Shown here one piece after another: positions 12,899 to 25,298 of a stretch of 42,418 bases of DNA. The notes under the pieces are model-generated. The model saw only the letters and a list, made by a program, of their open reading frames with translations. It did no database searches and was not told the origin of the DNA. Where the stretch lies: the NCBI GenBank assembly GCA_032718475.1, contig JAUCBJ010004583.1:1-42418 (forward strand), in the 5' to 3' direction. Position numbers and translations under genes: made by a program. The number at the start of each line of letters is the position of its first letter. Position 1 is the first letter of the stretch. This stretch comes from Nemertoderma westbladi (Eukaryota; Animalia; Xenacoelomorpha).

Positions 12899-13158
12899 AT
12901 TCCAGAGCAGGTCTGGGGACATAGGATCCTTAATTCTATGAAATTTGTCTTTTAAGAGTATCGGTAAGTGCTACGATATCTTAATCGACTAGAATTGTTA
13001 ACGGATCTGAATTTTACAGATTTTAATAAATATTAAATTAATATTTAAGATGGGCACCGATTTATTCCAGAGCTTGTCTGGGGACGTTAACCACTGATTC
13101 TAGAATTGGTCTTTCAAGTATATCGGTGGGTGCCGCGATATCTTAATCGACTAGAATT
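12899..13158. repeat. Two diverged ~97-bp direct repeats with conserved stems
   Basis: 12899-12996 and 13064-13158 share ATTCCAGAGC...GTCTGGGGAC and TATCGG...CGATATCTTAATCGACTAGAATT. Confidence 0.7.
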
Positions 13159-13706
13159 ACAGATGGTCAAAAGGTTTAACAGATTGATTTGCGTTTTACG
13201 CTACTGTTATATGGACATCACGCTACTATATGTATTATTTAATATAAGGTAGAAGAGCAATATCGCACGAAGCAATGTCAGTGTGAAGAGGCAAGTCGTT
13301 TCCAAGGTCTACCCAGAGATTGGCTTAGCCGAGACACGAGGATCTGAACTTTGCATTCCTAATACTCTGCCTACCAATAATACTTGAATATAGTAGTGGC
13401 TTTATTGTACTTTAAGAAGTACGGACATTTCATCTTACTGTAGTCACGTATTTATAATATGATACGGACAGTAAGGAAAGAGAAAAATAATTATTTTCTC
13501 GCCGTCGCACTAAATATATATTATAAGTAATTACGTACGTAATAAACACTAATATATTGCACTAATCTACTAAATAATCACTAAAATAACATTCTACTAA
13601 ATAAAATTGAATAAAAACGATTATAATAAAGTACATAATAAAGTTCGCATATAAAAATATAACAAAATAGATAAAATAATATAGTCATACACCCACTCCA
13701 GACGTA

Positions 13707-16700
13707 TCACGTGGGGGAGTCCCTAGATGTTTGAGGAATTAGGGAGGTGGTCGTGGGAAGAGTGTCTTGCCTTCCATAGTTCTCGGAGAGTTCTCTGTCT
13801 CTTTCCAGTAAACATAAACGACCAACTGGGCGATTGAGTTGTTGCGTCTCAAAGATTATGCCTGGCTTCTTGAAGTTACGCCGCATGACGATGAGTTCTA
13901 CCGAGCGTACTAAACCATCATCTGAGATGTGGGTCTCGATGATACGACCTGTCTGCCACCGTTTACGTGGGAGGTCTGGATCTACAATAAGCACCATATC
14001 TCCGGCGCTGACGTTTTCTTGCTGCGCAAACCACTTAGTTCGAAGTTGTAGCGTGGGCAGATAATGTTTCTCGAAATGGTCAGTGAAACGACGGGATAGC
14101 AACTGCATAAGTTGCCAAGTTCGACGGCAGTATTCGTCTCCATCGGCAATCTCCGATCGTGGGAGCATGGCTACAGGTTTCTTCAGTAGGAAGTGCGCAG
14201 GTGTTAGCGCTTCCAGGGAATCGGGACTCGATGAGACTGGCATAAGCGGTCTCTCGTTGAGATAGGCAGCTATTTCCTCCATTAACGTCCGCAAAAGTTC
14301 GTCGGTGAGATACGCGCGGCATGGCACTATAAAGTGAAATGCGGTTTTGACACTTCGAATTAATCTCTCCCAACTTCCTCCCCACCAAGGGGCGTCGGCA
14401 GCGTTGAAGGTCCAGCTAGACGCTGTTATCCTTAGCTGGTCGTCCACCTGTCTTTGGTTCCAGTCCTTCACGTAAGCCTGTATTTCGTTGTTGGCACCTA
14501 TGAAGTTCATTCCTTTATCCGATCTCATGGTATTACTCGTCCCGAAGCGAGCGATCTGTCGTCGTAAACTTAAGACGAAGCTGTTGGTAGATAGATCGTT
14601 CACCATATCGAGATGGATGGCTCTACAAGTCATGCACACGAAGATGACACACCATCTCTTGACTATAGTCCTAGCACGATATACTTCAACAGGGCCAAAT
14701 AAATCTACACCAGTATTAGTAAAAGGTGGTTCATAGAAGCTTACTCGTTCCCTAGGTAATTCTGCCTCTCGCTGTGTTAAAGGCCTACTGAATGCTTTCC
14801 TACAGGGTATGCAGTTCCTAAGAACTTGGTTCAGAGCTCTACGGGGTTTATCAAAATAATAGCGAGTTCGAATTTCGCTAAGAACTCGTTCTCTACCAGC
14901 ATGATAAAGTTTACTGTGAACATCTATAATCATCTTGATTTGTACTTCAAGATTTCTAATGAGTATGGGGAATTTAGTGTCAAAGGATAAGGGTGCATTG
15001 GTGAGCCTTCCTCCAACACGTATTAACCCATCTATCATTGTGCTCGAGAATCGATCCCTTAAGCGCATCTGCGGATTTCTCAACAACAGATTTCTCATTG
15101 CAGGAGTCTCAGTATCTGCTTATTGGTTTCTTCATGCTCCTGGTGACTAATTTTCTCCTTTAGAAAACGATCAGATGTCTTATATTTGGGTAAATTTTTA
15201 ATAACATGAACTTGCGCAGATGTCAATGGAGCGGTATCACTAATGGTATTCGTCCTGGAGTAGTGATGATGAAAACATCTCCTTAAATATGTGACGGCTT
15301 TACAGAGCCGATTCCAGGAACTGTAGTGATGCATTGCTCTCTGCAGCATAGGTGAGATTCCTTGCGAGACGTCTGGTATTCCAGATTTCCAATCTCTATC
15401 TCTAATTTCCACAACAGACTTATTTGTGTTGAGGGATTGTGGATCCGAAGCATCATTCCCGGAAGTATGTAATACAGATAGATCGATAGTCGGTTTAAAT
15501 AACTTCGATTTACTCGCCCGGGTTTTAGGTTTGACTGTCTCCGCTCCCTTGGCTTGTCTAATCTCCGCCGTAGTAAGGTGAGGAGGCCATTCATCCTCTT
15601 CCTTGCTCAGGAAGTCGGGTCCACCCAACCAGTCTGGGGTATCTATCAGTTCCTGTGGAGTTGCTCCCCTGGAGGCGATATCGGCTGGATTAATCGTACC
15701 AGGGCAATGTCTCCATTGATCTATCTTTGTGCGACTAAGAATAATAGCTACCCTGTTAGTAACAAAAACGCTGAACTGACAGACTTCATTGGTGAGATAC
15801 TCCAACACGAGTAAAGCGTCGGTCCAATAAACCGTTTTCTCCAGTGGATAGTCGATTTGTTCCGTTACGTTCCGGCCGATGGCTGTAGCGTATAAAGCCG
15901 CCTTTAACTCCGCTCCAGGAACCTTTAACTTGTTGTTAATCAATGCCTTAGAGGTAACCAAGGCGACTTTGATTCCATCCGGGGTTTCGACTCGCAGATA
16001 TGCTACTATACCTATTCCCATGTCGCTGGCGTCTCCAAACACATGGAGTTGATAGGAATACGTAGGAAGAACATGGCCAAAATATGCACGGGAAATTATA
16101 AAGTTCTCGATGGCAGGTAGAGAATCTTCCCATTTCATCCATTTCTTTAACAATTCTCCCTTAAGCGGATCGTCCCATGAGTGGTTTTCAAGCCACATTT
16201 GTTGTACTAAACTCCGAGCAATCAATATAACTGGGCTAATAAATCCCAATGGGTCGAAATAAGTGCTCAGGATACTTAAACAAATCCGTTTGGTCCGAAC
16301 TGGATTATCTCGCTGTTTTAACTGAAAAAACAGGATGTCTCTTTCAGTGTCCCACTTCAAGCCTAGCGTCTTGGTTTCAGGAAGATCGTCCTTTATTAAG
16401 TCTAGGTCTTTCGTTCCTCGGTCTTCTACAGGTATGGCTTCCAGAAACTCACGGGAGTTGCTAGTGAATTTCGTCAGTCGAAATCCACCTCTTTTCAAAC
16501 ACTCTACCGTTCCTTTCGCGACATCTATGGCTTCTTCTACTGATGGAAGGGACCTTAAATTGTCGTCCATGTATATATTACGTTTTATGTTGTCTATCAC
16601 TTCTTTTGAGAAGGAGTCTCGGTTGTCATTCGCAGTGGTTCGCACCACGGAGCAGGCGTTGGAAGGGCTTGATATGATTCCAAAAGCCTGGATGGTCATC

Positions 16701-19700
16701 CAGTACTCTACCGGTTTCTGATTGAGGTCTCCTTCAGGCCACCACAGAAATCTCAGGCTGTCTCTATCTCTATCCAGCGCCTTGACTTGTAAGAACATTC
16801 CTTCTATATCGGAGGCGAACGCGATGGAATATTGTCTTAATCTCAAAAGTATTCCCAACAAAGATTGGAGTAAGTTGGGTCCTGGTAACAACTCGGAATT
16901 GAGGGATTGGCCCATATATAGGGCGGAGCCATCGAATACGACTCGTACTTCGTGGGGTTTACCGGGTTTGGGAACGTAATGATGTGTTAAGTAATACGTT
17001 CTCTCAGTCACTGGTGTTCCTTCCGGTACTCGCTCCGCGTATCCCTTTGTTATAAATTTCTTCAGCTGAGTTTGGTACATTTCTTTAGCTGAAGCATTAG
17101 CTGTAAGGCGTCGATGTAATTGAGTGATTCTTTTCTCTGCCAAGGGTCTGTTATTTATAAATCTAGGTTCTCGTTTTCGAAATGGTAGACCGATTTCATA
17201 TCTACCTTGGTCCTTTAAAAAACGTGTAGTTGTTTCCTGGATTTGCTTGGCTCTTTCTTCTTCTATCGATAGAGCCTTATCATATGAATTGGGCTCTACC
17301 AGTTCCTGAGTAAAGAATCGTACGGCTAGTTCGTCCCGAGTTCTAGCGTTGTAGCGCTCTATCTCATCGTTTAGTTCGTCATTGTAAGCGATGGGTTCCG
17401 ATGGGCGAATCAGTTGATTTTTCCAAGTTTGGTTTTCTGTAAGTAGGTCGATTGTGTTCTCTTCATCGAAGAGTTGGTAGATGTCGTCATTATCTGAGGA
17501 GTATGGTGTTCCCTCAGTTAGTTCGTCCACTTCACTGCTCTCCACTTCCCAATCGTTTACTTGGTATATTTGTTCTTGTGGCATTCTCTCTTCGAGAGTC
17601 CTGCGGGAAGGTCCAGTAAAGTACCAACCTACTCTAGTTCTTACCGCATAGGTTTGCAGTGGCTGTGGTTGAGCAGGCCGTTTCTCCAATGTTTCGAGCG
17701 CCTCATGCGCGTTCTGGCCGATGAGTATTTGCACTCCAGGATAATCTGTCTGGAATCGAGGTATCTTAAGATGTTGGATGCTCTCATCCTCGTCCCAATT
17801 ATAAAGGTCTGCTTGAGTAGTAGCGAAGTTCTTTATAGCCACCATTTTTACCGACCTTATACCTTGTGCTCCTAACTTATCCTGGGGGGTGGACAACACA
17901 CCTACATAGTAATCTGCCGTTAGGGTAGATTTCCAAACCTGCATAATTCCTGACATATTCAATTTAGTCCGGAATTTGGGTTGTCCAGCAAAGATATGAA
18001 TATTCCTGTGCTGCCGGAGTCAAGGAGTGCGTTCACTATGTAACTGTGGTTAGGACCGTGAACTCTTACCTGCACTACAGGAAATTCTCTGATTCCTACG
18101 TTGGAAGTTGGAGCTTTCCAAGATGGTTGTTTGGCAAAAGTAGTTGGGGGAAACTCATTGTTGGTGTCCTTTTCATAAGTAAGTGCTCGATACACTGCGG
18201 TATTGATTAGATAACAGGATTCGTTGGCGTCGGAGAATTCGTCAGTATAGAATCCTTCCATCTCAGATTCTTGATCAGTGTCGTTTACATCACTGAATTG
18301 GACATGTAGTTCGGGCTCACTTACCTGACTCAGTTTGTCTCGTTCGAACTCACTGTGTAACAAGATGTGATGTTTCGCGCCACATTTTGCACACTTTATG
18401 TCAGAGTAACAGGTTCGCCGTTGGTGTCCTGGTCTGAGGCAATTATAGCATAACCGCTTATCCCATACGACTGCACGTCTGTCTACAAGGGATTTCTTTA
18501 GAAATTCAGCACACGCACTCAAACGGTGGGTCCCGTCGCACAGCGCACAGTTAGGTTTTATGTTACTCACTTTACCTTGGGTAACTTGCTGCACTCTCGT
18601 TCTTTCTTCGGGTTTTCTTCGGTGCATTCTGTTAGGAGACTGAGGAGGGGTCTTGGCAACCTGTTCTCTCCTATCGTTGTTTTGAGCCTTGTATTTACTT
18701 ACGTCTTTTGAGGTTTTGTCAACATAGTAAGATCGATCGGTGTCTTTCCCGCTGTCCTCTTCTTGAGAGGCTTGGCTTTCGCCGTCGTCAGTGTAACACA
18801 CCGGTGTTACTCTTCTCCTAGAAGCGGGTTTCTCACTTACCTTATTTTCCGATGTTTTCTCTCTGGACTGCTTGATGAGTTGTAGTTTTACTTCACCATC
18901 TAAGAAGGACATGAGATCAGCCATGGTAGGACTTCGTCATTGTTGTTCATTCATGTACAACACTTTCTTGTCCCAGCGTGTACATACTCCACCCTTTGGT
19001 AAAGTAGAGACTATGGCTCCAATAACCATGGAACTCTGATATTCATGCGACTTACCTAACCAGTCCAATTGTCTACAGATCTCTTGAATCTCATCGGAAA
19101 ACTCTATAATCCCGCTACTAAGGAAGTGTCGGGGGGCTACTAATTTTGCATACAAATACTTAGCTATGTTATCTTTGTTACCATACCTGATGTTTAATGT
19201 ATCCCAAACTTGTCTTAATCCTTCTGGATGTCCAAAAAACTTTAACGCCATTAACTTGGGAGGTCCTTCCAAGCACTTGATGAGGAACCTAAGTTTCTCT
19301 CCGTTAGATAGTACAGAGTTCTGTATGCTGTCTTTGTAATATTCATTGAAAGGTAACCATTTCATCTCATCTCCATTGAATTTGACGATCTCTCCCACTT
19401 TGACCGCTTGGCAGGCTTCTGTTCTAGCCATCTGACGCGTAAAGCTTTCTTGGGCCATCGTGTTATTTAATATCGAATTATCGGTATATAAATTTCTCGG
19501 ATCATTATCAGGTCTATAGGGAATATCATTAACAACAGATTTATAATCACCCTTAATAGGGTTTGCTATAGGAGTTTCTACTTCACTAGCAGTATAGATG
19601 CGTGTAGGCTCCACACCTTGCGCATGTAATACTTCAGACCTAACAGGTTGACACAATGTTACTGGGGGTATTGGTATGCCCTTTTGTATGTTGACTAATT

Positions 19701-21819
19701 TGTCGCGTTCTAGTGCGATACTTTGCTGCACTTCTTGCAACTCTGCTCTACCTTCCCTTACTGTTCCCTTAAGTTGGTGGACAGTCTCCTGCATCTGTCC
19801 GAGCAGGAGATTCATCCCCCGCCGTCCCTCCTCTACCCACTCGACCGCCGAGGCGGGAGTCGCCAACATTGTAGCGGGCTGACGCGGGACGACAGGAGAC
19901 AAATCTTTGATTTCTCTCTCAGCTTCCAGGACAGGGATATTTTCATGGACTGTTCTACCGGGTACATGCAGTGTAGTACTGTGTAAATGGAATTTAGAGT
20001 TTGTTTCAGGGAGTACAGGTGTCTCTAGCACCAAAGGGGTGGCTTCGAGAAAAGGCCTAATTATTTCAGGCTCATCTGTTATAGTAGGGAGTCTGTTGAC
20101 GGTAATAATTCGGTCTGTGGGTTCTGTACTACCTACTGTTGTGCTAGCTAATTGTCTTCTAACGGCTGGGGGCAAATCAGGCAATTTATGACGGTGAGAT
20201 GTTCTTCTACGTCTACTGAGACGAGATTGATTTCCTCCACCTTCAGGATCGGTGGTATCCCCTTCCTCCGATGATGTATAGCCTTGGCGTTTGGAACTAG
20301 ATCGACTCATCATCTGCATTCGACTGTCTGTTAACTGCCTACCGATGCTGTCTTGCGTCTCCTGCAGATCTTCTAACTCCAGCTGGGCGGTCTCCTCAGA
20401 CGCTCTCCGTTCTGCTTCTGCCACTGCCTCCGCCGCCTTTCTTTCCGCCTTTCTGTCTGCTTCTGCTTTTGCCTCCGCCGCCTTTATTTCCGCTTCGGCC
20501 GCTGCTTCTGCCGCCTTTCTGTCTGCTTCTGCTTTTGCCTCTGCCGCTTTTATTTCCGCTTCGGCCGCTGCTTCTGCCGCCTTTCTTTCCGCCTTTCTGT
20601 CTGCTTCTGCTGTTGCCATTGCCGCTGCTATTGCTGCTGCCTTTTTGTCTTCAATCCGCCTTTTCTTTACTTGTTCTTCTTGAGCTCTAGATATGCGGAG
20701 ACGTTCATCAAATTTAGCTTGGTCCGCAGCTATCATCTCAGTATCGATTGCGTCCAACACAAGTTGGGTTCCTTCACTATTAGGGGAAAGTCCAGACAGC
20801 CGTCTCCTCAACTCTTCGTCTCCTAGGAATCGCTGATAGTCGGACAGATAAATGTCGATAGCGTCTCTAGTTCGCGGTCTCTCTGCTGTCACTTCGCTTT
20901 CCGCTTGAGAAAGGGTGGCATCGGTTGGTTCTTCATAGGTTGGTCTCTCAGCCAGCTGGGATTTCCACTGGGCAGTTTCTTGTACTTTGAGACTTACCCG
21001 CTGGAACCAAGTCTTGACAGCAACCTATAGCGACGTGTCCTGTCTTCTTTTGGAAGTTTCCTCAAAGGCTGACAAGATTAGTCTAATGCGTAGGGTTCTT
21101 TCGCGTACTTGATATAGCAGCTCTTCCTGCTCTTGAGGTCCTTGGAGTTGTCGAAACAGTTGTTCTTCTAATCGCTCTAAGGAGCCGAAGAATCCCTGCA
21201 CATATCCTGCTGCCGACCTCTTCCAAACAGCTGGATCCATTGTATCTTTAGTCACTCCCATCCTGTGTATGTCTTCCCAAGTAGCTTCGGACAAATCTAA
21301 CGGGAGTCCGGGTCCGGGAAAGTTCCGTTGTGACTCGACAATAGACATCAATTCTTCCCTGGCGTATCCCGCATAACTATCTTGGGTCGCTCGCTTACTT
21401 CTCGCCCAATCGGCTTGATGTTCCTCCACCGCAATCAATATAGTAGTTAGCACTGCGGCAGGAAGGGTGAGAAGGGGATCCGAGTAGGCTGTAGCCGTCA
21501 TCTGCACTCCGCATTCGGGGGTCAGCTCTACAGCATCCGAACTACTGGAGCTATCGGATCGCTGGGAACAAGTTTCTTGACTAGGATGTTGCTGCTGTTG
21601 GACAGCTGCTTCCTGGTTCCGTTTGACTTGGGCCCGAGTGCCGATGATAGACCTACGGTGTTGGATTAGCTTAGGGTCTGATACTACTACTGGAGGGATG
21701 ACCTTTCTTTCAGTAGGAGGTGAGCTGAACTCCTTTCTTAATCGCTCCACACTCCTATCTGTGTCACAGATGGTTGTATCGATTAGACTGTCTGACAGGT
21801 TTTGCTGGGTGTCAGACAT
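13707..21819 (-). pseudogene. gag-pol: BEL/Pao gag-pol polyprotein (~2700 codons), disrupted
   Basis: DUF1759-like KFNGDEMKWLPF; knuckles CALCDGTHRLSAC, CYNCLRPGHQRRTC and CAKCGAKHHILLH; protease LLDSGS; RT DIEGMFLQV and YMDD; RNase H FGDAS, YWTDA and NPADIASRG; integrase HHCC, GVDLFGP, SDKG and GGSWERLI. In-frame stops at 21025-27 and 18937-39; frameshifts near 17990 and 15095. Confidence 0.93.
20420..20615 (-). repeat. Coding tandem repeat in Gag (AEADRKAERKAAEAAAEAEIKAAEAK)
   Basis: About three 66-78-bp units visible in both the DNA and the 651-aa ORF. Confidence 0.8.
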
Positions 21820-21924
21820 GTTTAGCTATACAGTTGGATGCTTACTGCTATAGTTACAGTTAAAGCAAGTCTAGTAATTCAGTATGACCGTTGGCCTAGT
21901 ACCGGTAATTCATTACAGTATATT

Positions 21925-22175
21925 AGAATACCGGTATACACTTATAGTATATATAAGTATTGTAAACTAGGTTTGTCACAGAGTACCGGTATATAATTTT
22001 TAGCACAAATATATATAAATATATAATAGGCCTATCGTGAATACCGGTATGCAGCTTACACTTATAGTATATATAAGTATAATTATGAACTAGAATTAAT
22101 TACAGAATACCGGTATGATTTCAGCACAAATTAATAGAAATAAATATAATAAGCCTATGGTAAATACCGGTATGT
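21925..22175. repeat. Degenerate ~120-bp tandem duplication in the retrotransposon leader
   Basis: CACTTATAGTATATATAAGTAT...TACCGGTAT...AGCACAAAT...GCCTAT occurs twice. Confidence 0.65.
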
Positions 22176-23129
22176 CAATTATTTTAGAATAATTGAATTT
22201 CTGAATATTTTAGGGTTACTTGGTTACTTTAACTTACTTTATTACCGTTATTTAAGCAGTAGTCCAACTGCTATTGAGACCTAGTTGTTGTATGGCAGGC
22301 CTACTATTTATAAATCATTTGAGTTGATTTATAATAGATATATACCCGTTTAAAAGGGGTTTTGTCAATATTTGAAATAAATGTTATTATTTCTGGGGGA
22401 GTCACTACACAGAAGCTGTACGCTCTCAGTGGAGTGCTACTTATGGGACACTAAAACAGATTATTCTAATTTACCTAAGTTACTTAATACTACAAATTAC
22501 TTACGATACGGGTGAGATTAAATCTCTAATTAAACACAACAAAATATCACGTACGAAATTTTTAGGGTAATTTTACAGGAAGTCTACAAACCAGCCTAAC
22601 AAAGGGTTAGAATTCTGGTTATTACAACGGACAGGGTACTACGGTATTTGAAAATAATAAGTAGTAGTAAATATATTGCACTGTCCAGATAGGAAAATAC
22701 CACCGCCTGACGACCTATAGCCGTATCGCTATAGGTACTACGTTATGTATCACGGAGTGTTCCTACCTAGAAGTTAATTACCGCGGACTACCAGATCCAA
22801 CGTGCCTATTAACCACTTTACAACACAAATATACTGCCTACACACTAATTACTTTCGGAAAGCACTGTACATTAAACCCTAAATTAGGTACAAGTACTGG
22901 TACAACAAATAATCAGTAGTTAAATATACTTGAACAGTTAAAAGAACCACGGCATCTGCTGGAGTGACCGAAGCACAAAGTCACCAGTCTTTTCCTACGC
23001 CAAGCAGCCCGTGTAGTACCGGGGTTAATTTAACTATAACGGTATGTGTAACAAGCACAATTACTGTAGGAATAAACTTGGGGACATGAATGTTGCGAAT
23101 AATTGCATAAACTCTGAATAATAAATATT

Positions 23130-23700
23130 ACGCTACCCGTACAGAATACTCAAACAAAATACAAACCAAACGCTGGCAGACTACCACCAAGCCTAAATAA
23201 ACTACAGTATGTGTAGATTCCAAAATGGTTAGTTAGTATGCGTTCTAACACGGTAGTACGACTTATTCTTTAAGAGGGGATTGACCTTACAGCTATGGCT
23301 GCCCCAACTTACTAACTGGCACTCTATCGGACAAACTCTACACACGCAGCAATCTCTTCAGACGTAATGATAGCTAGACAACAATCCAGCCTACAAATAT
23401 GTGAGTAATAACTATTACGGTACCTGAACAGACCACACAAACAAACACAGGCCAAAACGTTGGCAGAATACTGTCAAGCCTAAATAAACTACAGTATGTG
23501 CAGATTCCAAAATGGTTAGTTAGTATGCGTTCTAACACGGTAGTACGACTTATTCTTTAAGAGGGGATTGACCTTACAGCTATGGCTGCCCCAACTTACT
23601 AACTGGCACTCTATCGGACAAACTCTACACACGCAGTAATCTCTCCAAACCCAACAACAATCTAACAACAGTCCGGCCTACAATTATCTGAACAATATGA
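23130..23700. repeat. 287-bp tandem duplication in the retrotransposon leader
   Basis: Near-identical cores at 23188-23349 and 23475-23636, with more diverged flanks. Confidence 0.88.
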
Positions 23701-23862
23701 GCAGACTTACACGTCTTCAGCTCAATATTAACTTACATGTAAATAAAACTGACAGAAATAAGTAAGCTCCAAAAGAAACAAGGGGTGTACAGTCCCTAAT
23801 CTCTTAAACAGCCTACCGGTATGCAATAATCAAAATCGAATAATACTAATGTACTTATACTG

Positions 23863-23989
23863 GAAGTACCGGTTAGGACAGTTGGGCCTACGGACTTACA
23901 GAAGTACCGGTTCTGGCAGTTGGACCTACGGACCTACAGCAGTACCGGTTCTGGCAGTTGGGCCTACTGACCTACAGAAGTACCGGTTC
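23863..23989. repeat. 38-bp tandem repeat, ~3.3 copies
   Basis: GAAGTACCGGTTCTGGCAGTTGGGCCTACGGACCTACA-like units start at 23863, 23901, 23939 and 23977. Confidence 0.88.
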
Positions 23990-24055
23990 AGGTTTTATCG
24001 GTCGACCGGTACTTTCAACTTTATTGCTTACTGCAATAAAGACAATAACTGTTAT

Positions 24056-25298
24056 TGTACGCGCTTTTGAAGACCTTTAGCAGTTTAACCTGCCAAAATT
24101 TATATGTCTTTTGGTTTATAAATAGACTTTAAAAGTTGACAAATATTTAATACCAATAAACACAACATTAGCAGAAGCCAGCCTAGTGCGCGTCCATTCA
24201 CCCGCTGGATATACCCGGGGGGCTGGATTCTGAGGGCTTAGATTATTATTGCAGTGTAAGCTTACTGTATTATTCGATTGATCGTTAATAAATAATTTCT
24301 GACTAATATTATTCACTTTCGGGAAATATTAACAGTTCCTTTAGGACGTGGCGCTCTATCTAGGTAAACAGAGATATGACTTATACTAATCACAACGGTA
24401 AGTCGGTGAGGCTTATGATTCACGTATGAGGCGCATTCTTTAGGAAATGCTTAGTTATCAGTCACAATCAGGCACACTACCGGTAACACACAATACTGCT
24501 CACTAATTTGCCGACCGTCAATGAATTTTATCATATATAAAGAGAACAGCAATGGACTCATGTAGTGCTTATCAAATAGCATTAAATTCACTACAAACCA
24601 CAATAATATAAGTCGCAATCGCTATATATAACCCTTCTCTCTAACCTGTAGTGTATGAAGAAAATTGGGAAATTTGGGTTCTTTATAAATGTTCTCCAAA
24701 TAATATTCAATCAAAACACAACAGTAAATAGCATTAAGACGGTAGGTTAAGATGTTAACACTATTTGACTGGACCGTGATATGCACTGATAACAGTTATA
24801 CGCTCTATAATTTAAGCCTACTAATGTTTCTTCTAAAGTATGAAAACGAGTTGACTCTAGTGCCGGTGTTCCTGGCCTAGATACAAACAACACAACAGTA
24901 TCACAAAAAACAGTAAGACTGAACACTCCCAGTATGATCGGCCGAATATCTCCACATCGACAGAAAAAATCGCTCTGATTGGTTTAAGCTAAACAAAGAA
25001 CCATGTGTCCAATGGCCGTTTCCATGTCAGCAACCATCTGTTAGATGTCGCAATCTGAATCATCAAGGCCAAGCTGTGTAAAGGTATTTGGTACATTGCG
25101 GGTTTTTTGCCTTACCATGTCCGCCAAAACACGTATATAGAAGAATGACTTTTATGTCCGTTAAAACACCTATAACGGTACCTTGCGGGCGAGGGGAATA
25201 TATATATAGTTAGAGAGCCTTTTAGAGTATTCCAGCGCCTGGGGGGAAACTGGATTGCGAAGCAAAAGGGCCAGTTATATCCCACAGAAGCTTTTACA
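24056..25298 (-). repeat. 5' LTR (1243 bp)
   Basis: Direct repeat of 9318-10549, lying upstream of gag on the minus strand. Confidence 0.96.

Larger units (their letters stand above)
9318..25298 (-). mobile_element. Full-length BEL/Pao LTR retrotransposon (~16 kb)
   Basis: Two TG...CA LTRs, GGGGG on both flanks (putative TSD in poly-G), empty site at ~37613-37626, and gag-PR-RT-RNaseH-IN order with Pao-type motifs. Confidence 0.96.

Noticed and set aside
15060-21027. Programmed readthrough or frameshifting at the gag-pol breaks
   Set aside because: The breaks fall inside Gag, inside the protease and before integrase. The stops fit C>T changes (CAG>TAG, CGA>TGA), and BEL/Pao gag-pol is typically one ORF.
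23863-23989. CRISPR array (38-bp repeats; also the 84-bp and 27-bp repeats)
   Set aside because: Head-to-tail repeats without unique spacers, no cas genes, and a eukaryotic TE context.
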